Below, piece after piece: positions 12,364 to 24,870 of a DNA stretch of 64,000 bases. The notes under the pieces were generated by a model. It had not been told where the DNA came from, made no database searches, and worked only from the letters and a program-made list of their open reading frames with translations. The number at the start of each line of letters is the position of its first letter. Positions within the stretch are counted from its first letter, which is position 1. Position numbers and translations under genes: made by a program. The stretch covers positions 32,612,001 through 32,676,000 of the forward strand of contig OZ024758.1 in assembly GCA_964016885.1 (NCBI GenBank). The letters are read 5' to 3'. Source of the stretch: Eledone cirrhosa. Lineage: Eukaryota.

Positions 12364-14096
12364 AGTTGCATTTATTGTTAAGGTGATGTGACAGCATTGC
12401 AGGTGTAAATTCCATAGTTGTTATAGAATTTGATGTGAGAGGTGGTGGAGATGGTATGTTTTAGTTTTTAACAGTGAAAATGCCTGCATATCATTCAGCA
12501 ATGAGTTCTGTGCATTCTTTTGGATTGTCAGTAATCTGGCTTGTGTGGGGATTGCGAAGAGGAGCAGCTGGTGAGAGAGGTCTCTGCTTTGAATGTACCT
12601 TTTTCCAGAACACCTTACTGTCAGGGTTGGTTGCTATGCGTTGTTAAAATTCAAGCACTACCTTTTTTCTCACCTACTGGTTGGATGATTTATTTCGCTT
12701 TTTTCTGTTGATATCTGATTTATGCAGCTTGTATTCACGTTCAGCATTACTACATTCTTTCCTGGCAAGTTGGGCCACTGCAGTCTCCCAAATTGCACTT
12801 TAGGGATGTTTTTTTATGTTTGCTGTCCATATTGAATTCAGGATGTTCTGGAGTACAGTGTTGACATCTCCAGAGTCATAAAATTGAAGCCAGTTTGAGC
12901 ATTGTAGCTTGGTGCAGTAAGAGTTCCAGTCTGCTTTATTCCAGTTTAAGCAAGCAGTTTGGAGATGGTTGTGGTTTTTGTTATTGCTCATAAGAGACAG
13001 ATTGGCAATGAGCATAGCATGATCAGAGTCACCTAAAGGTTCCTCAGTAGTAACACTATTAACCGTTTCAGGAGTAGTGGTGAAGAGTAGATCCAAAGTG
13101 TTGTCACCTCTTGTTGGGGAGGTGACTACTCTGGACCAGTTCGAGTCCAGCACTAGCTCAAGGAAATCATTTGCATTTTGTGGACAATGAAAAGGTTTCC
13201 CAATCAATCTCAGGGTGATTGAAGTAAAATAAAAACATAAGTGCCTGTTTTCCTGACATCAGCTCTGAGGATATCACAAAGCTGTGTGCCCTGATGGGAA
13301 TTTGGGTGGGGTTTGAGGTGGTAAACAACTCCAAGTAGATCTGTTGACGTGGTCATATGTATATCGCAGAAAAATACTTCTTGTTGTGATTGGTTCAAAT
13401 CAACACAAGGAATTGCCGAAACGTTTGAATGAATATAGACCATCACACCACCACCACGACGATTAATGCGGTCTTTACGAAACAGGTTGTAGCCAGTTAT
13501 GCTGAAAACCCCATCACAGAGTAAGGGATGTGCCCAAGTTTCCGTGACTGTAATGAAGTCAGGGTCAATACTTTTGACATAGGAGTCAAAAAGATGTATC
13601 TTATTACATAGACTACGTGCATTCAAGGACAACAACTTGTATCTTGATTTCAGTTTATGATGATGTGCAGGGGATGGCAGGTTGTTCTGATTTAGTTTCC
13701 CAGAGTTGTTTCAGTTTTTTCATTGCCAGCTATTGTGGGTATAGTGTGTTCAGACCAGCTGGTATCTCTTTTCCATGTTTCACCAGCCTTAATAAACTTT
13801 CATATCTGCCCATCATCACGTAGGCTGAAGCTTTCATGTTGTGCTGGAAGTTGCAGCACGTAGCTTTGGATGTACCTCAGGTGGTAAGCAAGGGCGTGTT
13901 CAGAAGGAAATCCGATTTTCACGCCTAGCTTTTTTCAGAGGCTAAAAGATATGAATGTGCCTCAGTAGAGTTTGAAAAAGACAGCTTAATTAGCCTGGGT
14001 TTTGGACCTGGTTGGCCAAGGCCGAGAGCACCCTTCAGGGGAATACAGCCTAAGTCTTTGGATGAACTGGCAGCAAATGTCTGAAGATCAACTATG

Positions 14097-14296
14097 NNNN
14101 NNNNNNNNNNNNNNNNNNNNNNNNNNNNNNNNNNNNNNNNNNNNNNNNNNNNNNNNNNNNNNNNNNNNNNNNNNNNNNNNNNNNNNNNNNNNNNNNNNNN
14201 NNNNNNNNNNNNNNNNNNNNNNNNNNNNNNNNNNNNNNNNNNNNNNNNNNNNNNNNNNNNNNNNNNNNNNNNNNNNNNNNNNNNNNNNNNNNNNNN
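14097..14296. other. Assembly gap (200 N)
   Basis: Run of N. Confidence 1.
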
Positions 14297-14714
14297 AGGA
14301 GTTCTTTGGTTCTGTACATAGATGACAGACGTGATTTTCTGGGCAATGTTCTATTTTGGAACATCAACCAGTTTTATCACACATTTCAACCATGGATGTC
14401 ACAATAGCAATTTTGTTCTGTCTGTCCATCCGTACAGTAGAACAAAATGTAAACAAATAAATATGCTGCGTAAGTTTAGCACACCTGTTAACGAGATAAA
14501 TAAAATGTTTGTTTATGCTTTGTTTCCATTTTCCTATGTATTGTGTGTGTGTATACAAAAAGATCTGCGCACGTATATATAATTAAAAGGTGTATGCGGG
14601 TTAGTCAATGTTCAGAATGGTTTTATAATGTAGGTAAGATTGGCCAGTAAAGTGTTTCACTCGAAATAGGGTGGTTTCTATTCACTTTGTGTGTATATAC
14701 GTGTGTGGTATGTA

Positions 14715-15182
14715 TCTATATATTACTAAAAGTCTGCGATTGCTTGCTTGTCTGTAATGTATTACATTACATGTAATGTAATAACATGGCATAAAATGGG
14801 AAAATACTTTGAAAGGAAGTTGCCCCTGAAATGGGAATACAAATGGAATAAAATAAGTTTCACGTAAATTGAAGCATGGGTTCCTGAGATATGGGGTTTT
14901 CTGGGTACCTTTATAAACAGAGAGAAAGAGAGAAAAAGATCACAGACACCCACATATATATATATATATATATACATACACACATACATATATATATGTA
15001 TACACATACACACATTTATATATATACATACACACACGTATATATATGGGCCTTCCAGTTTCATTTCACATTATATACATGTCTGTGTATATTTTAATTA
15101 TTTAAACATTATTTTTAAGTGAACCTGATTCTTTAAAAATATTTTGAATTGAACGTGACCCAAGGGGTGAGGGGTGGTCTAG
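14715..15182 (+). mobile_element. Non-autonomous Helitron-like element (family B)
   Basis: a|TCTATATA start, subterminal gtgaccc..gggt hairpin, CTAG|t end; homologous to the split minus-strand copy at 28030-30199. Confidence 0.65.
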
Positions 15183-15981
15183 TATATATATAAATCTGTG
15201 TGTATTGTTTTTTTATAGAGTTTGGGAAGTACTTACTGTGATCCCTAAGGGATGTAGTGATTTATTATTTTTTATTCATGTCTACACATGGTTGGTGAAA
15301 ATCAGATATATTTCGTTAAAGTAATATTATGTTGAAACTAGTTCTAATAGTCAGGGAACAGTGAAAGTATTTGTAATAATGAATATTGTAATCCAACTGA
15401 CATGTGTTAAAATGGCAGTTTTCGGTGATATGATATTTAGATAGGAGAGCCGTGGTCAAGCATCCTTCCTCGTCACCCTCTGTAAGAACAGATGATAGTA
15501 TCAATTTATGTTTATTAGGAATAATGATATATTTTTGCATTTTACAGATATATATTGTTCTTGTCACCAGGGCCAGATTTAATGGGGTGTGGGTGGTAAA
15601 GGGGGCAATTGCCCTAGGCTCCCTGCAGTGTGTGTGTGGGGGGGGGGGGGGGGGGGTGCAAAAGCGACGGCCATAGAAATTTATCTGTGACCTCAGCTGG
15701 GCTTTTTAGTTTTAGTTGTATTCTCATTTGGTCATTCCATGAGAATATCTTGGTCAGCTTATGAACTTTTCAGCTGAACCTCGAATATACACATATGCAC
15801 ATGTAATACACATTTGATATTCATTGAAAATTGGGTGATTACCCATCCCAATCACAATATTGCTACGTATAACAGTTCTGTTACTCATAACTCGATAGAA
15901 AGCAAAGAAAGCAATATCGACATTAGTAGAATGGAATTGGAGAACTGTAGAATCAATGAAATAAAATTGGTGTAGAATTAA

Positions 15982-16222
15982 CCCTTTAGCATTTACATTA
16001 CTCTCTATATATACTATCATATTTGCATGGTAAAGGCTTTACCTCACATAAAGGCTTTACCTCACATAATTATCACACATAATATCGAATCTATTAGATT
16101 TTGGTACTATTTATTTTGAGAACAATACCTTAACATCAGTACGAGTAGATGGTTACAGCCGGTTTGAACAGAAAAAGATGAGAGAATTTTGGTTGGATAC
16201 AGCTGGTTTAAATGCTAAAGGG
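15982..16222. mobile_element. piggyBac-type MITE; other copies 25994-26210, 30825-31177, 56475-56687, ~25135-25489, partial 32790-32990 and 34509-34709
   Basis: TTAA|ccctttagcattta ... taaatgctaaaggg|TTAA terminal inverted repeats with TTAA target duplication; shared internal sequence. Confidence 0.85.
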
Positions 16223-16764
16223 TTAAACTGGTACTTTCATTTAGCTGAGGTAACTCTCAGGAGAGCTGAACGGCAGAAGGTCTTCAGAGAAGAAAGCCCC
16301 CTCAAGAAGTATTTTGGCCCTTAATTTTTTACACTCTAAGTGGGTAGGCAGCATATACGACTAGTGCTGTCTTATTTTATGATAACACAAGTTGACTGAG
16401 ACAAAATCACAAATGATTATATAAACACAAAGGAAAAATAAAGACAAAAACCAGAAAAAGAACAAAAAACTTACAAACATAACTCATGACTTGAAAACAT
16501 AAAGACCAATTAAATTGTAATTTCATAGCGCTAGTCCTGTGGGATCAGGCCTGCATGTTATTCAAATGAACATCACTGTTTTATGTCTTTCTCTTATTAA
16601 CAGCAATATTAATTACAAATGGAGAGGGGTGGGAATGGAGGGAGAGAGAGAGAGGGGGAGTGACTGGTGGATACTGTGAGGAGAAAAAGAGTGATAACTG
16701 GCAGCTGATGGGGTTGTGATGGGGAACGAGAGAAAGAGAGGGAGAGAGAACGATATATATATAT

Positions 16765-17523
16765 ATCATCATCACTGTTTTACGTCCATTCTTCCATGCT
16801 AGCATGGGTTAGACGGGTTGTCCTGTTGTGGGCAGTGTCTGGTCGGCTGACCATTCCTTGCTCATACAGGAACTGATTCTGGCTTGATTTCTACAGCTGG
16901 GTGCCCTTCCTAACACCAACCTCATTTACAGTGAGTGCTGGGTGCTTTTTTGCCGTGGCGCCTCCACGACCACTTTACAGTGCATGGGGTGCTTTTTTGC
17001 CATGGCACCTCCACGACCACTTTGCAGTGGGAGTGGGTGGGGGCATATTGTCTATATGCTTCAGCTTGTACCCGTTGGGGGGGGGTCTTCTGTATTACTG
17101 TGTAACACCAGAGGTCTTGGTATTGTGTCATTGCTTTAGAGAGGTGCAATTGGGTAAGGTCGGCTTTTATCACCTCATCCCAGGTCTTCTTGGGTCTCCC
17201 CACTCCGCGGCTTCCATCGACTTCTAGTGCTCTGCACTTTTTATGCAGCTGTCATCCTTCATATGCATCACATGTCCATACCAGCGCAACCGCCTCTCCT
17301 GCACACAGCATTTGATTCCTCTTATGCTCAGTCTCTCTCTCAGCTCGTTTAGACCTTGCTGTTCACGTATATTACTATTACACATCCATCGAGCATGCAG
17401 GCTTTCTAATCTACGCAAGTCTTCCACAGACAGCGCCCACGTCTCACTACCATGTAACATTGCTGTTCGTATACACGCATCATACAGTCTGCCTTTCATT
17501 TTGAGGGAAAATCATTTTGCAGC
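16765..17523 (-). mobile_element. RTE LINE 3' portion (same family as 28155-29835)
   Basis: KGRLYDACIRTAMLHGSETW, RRLRWYGHVM, GRPKKTWDEVI, 3'UTR and a (GAT)n tail abutting (TA)n. Confidence 0.92.
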
Positions 17524-18544
17524 TTCATCCAATTCTGCTTCATCATTTCTAACACATTCTCAAATCCACTAGACTCTATCTATATCTACATTGATGATTT
17601 TATGCTTGGATTATCTGATTACCCAATAGTCAAACATTCGCAGCATTAACTCACAGTTTAATCCATGATGCTGGGAAGCAGTATGTGCTGTTATGATGGA
17701 ATACATCCTAGAATGGAAATATAACCTCAAATAATAACTGTTAGGAACCTCACAAATTTAACACACTGAAACATACGAGAAGAGCGAGAGAAACAAATGG
17801 AAACATAAAACAAAACAAAACAAAACCGACCACCAATTCACTGCCAAATAATTTGAATCGGATTAGACAGAGAGAAAGAAAAGACCCCCCCACAAAAAAA
17901 AATAGAGAATATATTTATTTGCCGTTGTGCTGCTAAATGATGCCGAAAGCCACTGACCCGCATCTCCGGTCAAGAAGGCAACAGCAACAGGATAATAACA
18001 TCGACCCCGCATCTTCGATAAAGAAGGCACTTGAGCCTCAGCATACTGCCTGGCAGCCTGACCTGGTAGCAGTTTCATCTACCACCACCATTAACAAGAG
18101 GAAGGCAACGACAACAACTGTGACATTAACATCAATAACACCCGTGTATACATCAACATCTCACCAGCAATCTTCACCATTAACAAGAGGAAGGCAATGG
18201 CGACAACAGTGACATTAACAACAACTCTACCATTTATTCTTGTTGCTGATATGATCATACCCTCGGCTGCTGGGGTCCAACAGGGCGACCCTTTGGACCC
18301 ATCAACAAGAGGAAGCCAACCCCAGCATCAGTGACTCACCTCCAGCCACAAAGTCCTGATAAGTTGCTCGCATGTGTGTGCGCTGAACTCTGGGTCTTTC
18401 TGCTGGGAACAACCTCGTCTTCTCCCCCTACCCTTTTTTTTACATTCATCCATTCATTTACTAACATTCTACCTTCCTGTGTGTCCCCCTCAATGCAGCC
18501 CCTTCTTTTCTTTCTTGTTTTCTGACATCTCTATATATATATAG

Positions 18545-21335
18545 GTGAGCTATGAGGCCCTCTTACCAGCACTTTCCCTTCCACCCACACATGCCAGCCA
18601 CCCACCCCTGATGCCGCTCGGTGCCCCAGTCCCTGGCCCCACGCCCCACCCCCATCCCTCCAAGCCGACACCTGCAGCATTTGCAGCAACACTAACAAAT
18701 GGAAAAGGGGCTGGAAAATGGAACTGTTTGGGGTGCTTCCACCACCTCACCTGCGTTGAGGTACAGGAGCTGCCTCTTCCCCACGTCTTCCCAGCCACGG
18801 CCGTCTGGCACACCACCAGCTGGGACAGCGAGCTTGCCTGGCACCCAAGCATCACTGGTCAACATTGTTCGGCTCAGGCAGCTCCGGAAGATCCCACTCA
18901 GGATCCCGAGAGCAGAACGTGTGCCAGTAGCCGATGCCCTCACTTCTTCGATTGAGAGTGCCCTGGACTCCAATCGAGCCAGTAACTGGGAGCGGCTGTT
19001 CTATTTCGCCCCACCCGCCCTCGGCCTCCCCAGCTCTGGCGCTGACCAGGGTGCCCGGTCAACAGCAGCCTTCGTCAAGGCCAATGTCTCGTCCTTTGGG
19101 TGAGCGACCATTCCAAGCGTGCCCAAGGACGCCACACACCCCACCCTCAGGTACCCCCTATCCTCCAGCCCCGAGGCCAGCGCCAAGCGTTTGTATGACC
19201 AGGTAAACGCCAAGCTTATCATGGGTGATGTCTCGGCCACAGTCAGAGTTGTTGCCTCAGAGGACACTGTCCACCAACCCTCCGAGGAGGTCCTAGCTGC
19301 TCTGCGACTCAAACACCCTGAGCCACCCACTAATCTCAGACCCATACCCCCACTTGCTTCTTGTGGCTTCTGATACAGACATCATGTCCACCATCAGATC
19401 CTTCTCAGCTAGCAGCTGCGGAGGTGTTGATGGACCCTTACGCCTGAGGCCTCTTTTTTTAGGCCAGCCTCATCGCTCTCAGGAAGAAAGAGGGTGGCAT
19501 ACACCCATTGCTGTGGGCAATGTCTTCCGGAGGCTGGTGCCAAGGTGATCTGCAAGCCCGTAACACACGAACTGGGTAAGGAGTTTAGTCCGGTGCAACT
19601 GGGTGTCGGCGTGTCCGGTGGCTGTGAGGGTGCCGCTCATGCAACCAGGCAGTTCTTCAACAGCTGCCCATCGGAACCGGCATCCAGGGACTCCAGGCGC
19701 CTCATTGTCAAGCTTGACATGAGGAATGCCTTCAACTCTTTATGCCGGGATCATCTGCTCGAGGCCTGCCTCAGCCGAGTCCCCTCTGCCTACCTGTCAT
19801 ATGGAGCCCCAAGCATGCGCCTTGCTGCTGATACGGTCATACCCTCGGCTACTTTGGGACCCCTCCTGTTCGCCTTTGGTATTGACTGCATCACTCAGAG
19901 TATCACGGCCCCTCTCAACGTTTGGTATCTGGATGATGCTACGTTGGGCGGGCCCGTACGGACGGTCTGCCATGACCTTCAATTGGTGGTTCCTGCCCTG
20001 GCGGGAATTGGCCTCCAGGTCAACTCGACCAAGTTGGAGGTGATGAATGTCAGCCTCAATGCTGCGAGCTTTGCAGCCTCCGTCAGGTTCAGGTGACCCC
20101 CAAAGAGGAAGTCCTCATCCTCGGGTCACCGATCCACCCGCCGGCCATCCACTCCACCATCAGGTCCAGGCTTCAACACTCTCACGACCCGACTGGCTGA
20201 CGGCCACCCAGCTCTCTTTCTGCTGAGGAACTGCTTCACCATGCCGAAGCTCCTACATACACTCCGTAGCGCTCCGTGCTAAACCCAGACATCTCTCCTC
20301 GCTGACCTCGATACTTGTATCCGAGCAGCAGCCGAGGAGATATGCAACGTCAAGTTTGATGACATAGGGTGGCAACTGGCCACTTTACCTGTCAGGTATG
20401 GCGGCCTCAGCCTCCGGTCCCCGATCTCATTAGCTTTGCCGGCATATCTTTCGTCGGTAACCTCGTGCCGCGTCTTCGTCAGCAGGGTTCTTCAAAACAC
20501 AACAGAACCGTCTGTGTTCAGAGAACGTGTGGCTGCCTGTGAGACGTGAGACCGGCTGGGACTTAGCCCAGTAGACGTCCCTCCTCCTTCTCCCCCTCAC
20601 GCGACAGTTCGACCAGCATCGCCTTGCTTGTTTTCGTGCGACCTCCAAACCCCACAGTGGTGCCTGGTTCAATGCCCTGCCCTCCTTCTCCACTGGCATG
20701 CAGCTAGACAACCATAGCCTGTGCATCAGCGTTTCCCTGAGGCTCGGCCTCCGGATCTGCCAGCTACACCAATGTCGCTGCGGTTCCACCGAGGACTCTT
20801 TCGGCCTCCACCCGCTTTCCTGTCACCACAGTGCCGGCCGCATTCCACGCCATGCTTCCCTCAACGAGGTCATTAAGCATGGCTTGGATGCTGCAGGCTT
20901 CCCTTCCCAGCTCGAGCCGGTGGGGCTGGATGGAGGGGACGGCAAAAGGCCAGATGGCATGACCATCTTCCCGTTCCGCGGTGGCAAACCCCTCGTCTGG
21001 GATGCCACATGCACCGATACTTTCTGCACCCACAACCTGGTGCAGTCTGCGACTGACCCAGGTTCTGCTGCACGTCGGGCTGAGCGGGCCAAACTCCTCA
21101 AATACCGGTCGCTCTCCGACAGATTTGCGGTCGTACCTCTGTCAGTGGAGACTTCTGGTGTCCCAGGGCTATCTCCTTACTCACCACCATAGGCGCTGAG
21201 CTGGACAGCCCCAGGTGTGAGCCCCGCGAGTTGGAGTGGCTTTTCCAGCACGTCTCCCTTGCCGTCCTCCGGGGAAACGCCTTCTCCATTCTGTCCGCCA
21301 GGTCTGTGGGTGGGCCCCAACGTGTACCGTTGTAG
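18545..21335 (+). mobile_element. CRE-clade non-LTR retrotransposon (RT, CCHC knuckle and restriction-like endonuclease), decayed
   Basis: GC-rich island. RT: QLGVGVSGGCE, KLDMRNAFNSL, LGPLLF, WYLDD. C-terminus (ORF 20698-21192): LRLG..IC..HQCRCG...HPLSC, RH..LN, EP, KRPDG, WDATC, AE..K..KY, PLSVET.G. Several frameshifts and stops. Confidence 0.85.
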
Positions 21336-21639
21336 TTGTTGTAGAAGAAACAGGAAGATAACAACTGGAAAGTTTGATTTTCTACTTTATCATTTACTTC
21401 TGCACTGAAATGACAATGATAAATACATATAACAAAGATTAACACCATTATTATCCTCACTACTATCAGCATATTTGCCTCACTACATTATCAACCATCA
21501 ACACCCAACCTTTGTCCCCTTAGTGCTCACTGTTCCTCTGCTTCTGCCACATACCAAGTCTACCATCACCCTTTTAGTCCTGCTAGCCATTACTTCCTCT
21601 CCTCCAGGTCACTCTCTTTCACTCTATTGGCACTTGTAA

Positions 21640-21848
21640 AGCCTACATTCTAAGCTAGACTTCCTGAGATCCCACTGCATCTCTGGGGTACCCATAGTTT
21701 GCATTTGGGGCAAAGCCATACAGAGCAAAGCCATTTCCCTGAGGGGATCTGGGTTCTGTTTTCTCGTCTACTTACGAGGACCTTAGTCTTTGTCAGGTTG
21801 ACTTTGAGACCCTATCTTTCTAGTCCTTGCTTCCATGTTTGGAATTTC
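21640..21848 (-). mobile_element. Internal RTE fragment covering the PHD-finger region, with deletions
   Basis: Reverse-complement match to ~28660-28900 (KFQTWKQGLER...QIPSGKW); ends in (TA)n. Confidence 0.8.
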
Positions 21849-21954
21849 TTATATATATATATGTATGTAAAAGTAATAACAAAAATAACAAAACAAAGGG
21901 CACATCACAGGGAAGAAATATATTAGTTTAGCACTTGAAATAACAGGAAGAGAG

Positions 21955-21990
21955 TCTTAACATTGCGGACACTAGTCCTTCATCAGAAGA
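21955..21990 (-). ncRNA. Minimal type I hammerhead ribozyme-like motif (degenerate)
   Basis: Minus strand: tctt CTGATGA a ggac tagt gtcc GcAA tgtt aaga; stems I and II pair, core GAAA mutated to GCAA. Confidence 0.6.
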
Positions 21991-22099
21991 TAGAGTTAGA
22001 AAAAAGAAGAGAAATAGAACACAAGTGCATATTCTGTCGGCCATATATATTCTTATGCAGAGAGCGAGAGAGAGAGAGAAAAAAAAAGAGAGAGTATAT

Positions 22100-24246
22100 A
22101 TCATCATTCATCATCATTTTACATCCGTTCTTCCCTGCTTGCAAGGGTGGGACGGGTCTTATTCAGTACAGCATCTCTCCACTCGTCATGGTCCTTCGTC
22201 ATCTCCATCGTGAGCTTCAATGATCTGAGGTCTGTTCTAACCACCTCCGCCCATGTTTTTCGTGGTCTACCCCTACCACGTCTTCCTTCAACTGGCATTT
22301 CCTGGCACTTCTTCACCCATCGGTCATCCTCCATGCGCATCACATGTCCATACCACTTCAGTCTCCTCTCTCGCACACTACATTCTATCCCTCTCAGACA
22401 CAGTTTCTCTTTCAACACATTCATGCTGGGTTGTTCACGCACATTGACTTGGATAACGGAGCATGCTTGCCTCATTTCTCTCCAGCCATTGCATATCCTC
22501 TGCAGTTGCTGCCCATGTCTCACTACCATGCAGCATCGTGCTCCTCACACAGGCATCATATAACCGGCCTTTCGTACGCAGGGAGAAACCCTTCTTTGCC
22601 AGCAGAGGAAGCAGCTCCCTAAACTTCTTCCAACCCATCCTATTTTAGATACTATGGCCTCGGAACACCCTCCTCCCATGCTAATCTGATCTCCTAAGTA
22701 CCGGAAGCTATCCACCACTTCTATAGCACCTGCCTGCATTTGAAAAATGTGCCTATCAATGCGACTTCTACTGTCTAATTTCCCTGTACATCTACTGCAT
22801 ACGTATTTCTCCCTACCTGTTAGTTTGCCTGCTATCCCGCAACATTTCTTGTGTACCCATGATCTGCATTGTGTGCATTTTATAGAATTTATGCCAGTTC
22901 CTTTTCTGCATATCGAACATGGCCATTTCCCTGATGGAATCAGAGTTTTGTCCTCTTTTCTACTCATCAACACTTTTGTCTTAGCTAGATTTACTCTCAG
23001 TCCTCTTGCTTCCAACTGCTGTTTCCATAGCCAGAATTTATTCTCTAGCTCCTCTACTGATTCTACTATAAGAACCAGATCGTTAGCATAGAGAAGTTCC
23101 CATGGACAGCCAGTCTTAAACTCCTCTGTTATGGCTTGGAGGACTATAATGAACAAGAGCGGGCTGAGGACCGAACCTTGATGTACTCCTACTTGTATCT
23201 GGAATTCCTCACTAAACTCCATTCCTACCCTGACTTTACTGACAGTACCTCTGTACAAAGTTTGCACTGTCCTCACAAGCCATTCCTGAACACCTAGTTT
23301 TCTTAGGGACCACCAGATGACAGATCGGGGTACCCTATCAAAGGCCTTCTTTAGGTCAACAAAGGCTAAGTATAGTGGCTTATTCTTCTCTAAGAACCTC
23401 TCTTGTAATTGACTCACAAAGAAGAGGGCATCTGTTGTACTCTTCCCAGGCACAAAACCAAACTGCATCTCATCTAGTTTGACCCTTTCTCTAATTAGTT
23501 GTGCTAATATCCTTTCTGCCACTTTCATAACCTGATCCATCAGTTTTATACCCCTATAATTGCTCCTCTCCAGAGCCTTTACCTTTGTAGCAATTTATGA
23601 GAATACTGCTGAACCAGTCTTTGTGTATGACACCACCATATATAGCCTGATTGATGATGCGTGCAACCAGTTTAGTGCCTACGTCCCCCGATGCCTTCAG
23701 CATCTCAGCAACTATCCCCGATGGTCCAGCAGCCTTACCATTTTTCATTTCCTTAATGACCTCTTGGACCCTATATTCGTCAATCTCAATAGCTGGTCCC
23801 TCTGTCAGTTCTACTGAGGGTAATTTCTTTCTCTCCCATTCGTTCTCCACATTCATCAGTCTCTCATAATGACATTTCCAGGCCTCCTTTTTCTGATCAT
23901 TCGTGACACTAAGTACACCGGCATCATTCCGGACACATTTATCTCCAACATCCTGATTTGCATTGACACACTGCCTTGCAATGTGGAACACCGCACGCCT
24001 CTGATCTTCCCGTCGCAGAACATTGGCAAACCTCCTACTCTCAGCCTCTCTGCGTGCTAAGTACACCTGACGTCTAGCTTCTCTCTTAGTGGCTGTATAT
24101 TCTTCCCTACTCCCACCCTTTTTCCAAGCTAGTCTTTTGTTCCTAATGGCCTTATCTACTGTGCTGTTCCACCACCAGGTCACTCTCTGTCTGGCTGGAA
24201 CTCTGCTCCAGCTACAAGTTTCATCAGTAGCCTGCAGTAAGTTGTC
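22100..24246 (-). mobile_element. RTE LINE (second family), 5'-truncated and frameshifted
   Basis: ORFs 23554-24183, 22545-23540 and 22119-22529: KAAGPSGI, QFGFVPGKSTTDA, FVDLKKAFDRV, GVHQGSVLSPLLF, YAND (mutated YADD), PHD-like insert, FRYLG, RLKWYGHV, GRPRKTW; (GAT)n tail; TA repeats at both ends. Confidence 0.95.
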
Positions 24247-24469
24247 ATATATATATATAAATAAATAAGATCAAAACAAATTCAGCTTAAAAGTTAATTG
24301 ATCAATATTTCATTTCAAGAGTTGAAAAAATCCCAGTTATATAAATATGATATGTCAAGTTATCTGAGAGTATAAATTACTGTTGACTTTATCTAGCAAA
24401 TAGATATATGAAAAAGGGTGAGGGATGGATGAATGTAAATCTGTTATAATTAACCTTTGAATCATCATC

Positions 24470-24870
24470 ATTACCATTTAACCCCCCCCCCCCACCACTG
24501 TATAACTCCATCACCATCATCATCCTCCACCACCGTTTAACCTCCATCACCATCACCCCGCCCCACCACTGTTTAACATTCATCACCATCACCATCCTCC
24601 ACCGCCCTCCACCACTGTTTAACCTCCATCACCATCACCACCCTCCACCACCGTTTAACGTCCATCATCATCACCACCCATTACTGCCGTTTATTGTCCA
24701 ACATCATCATCATCCACCACCACCATCACCATTTTTCCATGTTAACATGGATTAGACAAGTTGTCTCAATGTATGGTAAGCCAGATCAGGTGACATGGCT
24801 TGTTCACACACAACTATTTCTGGCTTCGTTTCTACAGCTGGATGCCTTTCCCAATGTTAACCTTAGTTTA
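24470..24870 (-). repeat. RTE 3'UTR fragment with a tandemly reiterated tail (~6 units of 35-45 bp)
   Basis: Repeats of ccaccac(t/c)gtttaac(c/g)tccatcaccatc next to tttctacagctggatgcc. Confidence 0.7.

Larger units (their letters stand above)
10904..14690 (-). mobile_element. CR1-clade LINE, near full length, decayed and interrupted by the N gap (5' boundary approximate)
   Basis: APE motifs (LNARSL, VTETW, RKDR..RRGGGV, PTRGDNTLDL, SDH) in ORFs 13210-13635 and 12800-13207; RT in 11260-12363; ORF1-like RLG..GPKPRLIKLSF near 13975-14025; (ATT)n 3' tail at 10904-10920. Confidence 0.9.

Noticed and set aside
14002-14367. ORFs spanning poly-X
   Set aside because: Artefacts of the N gap.
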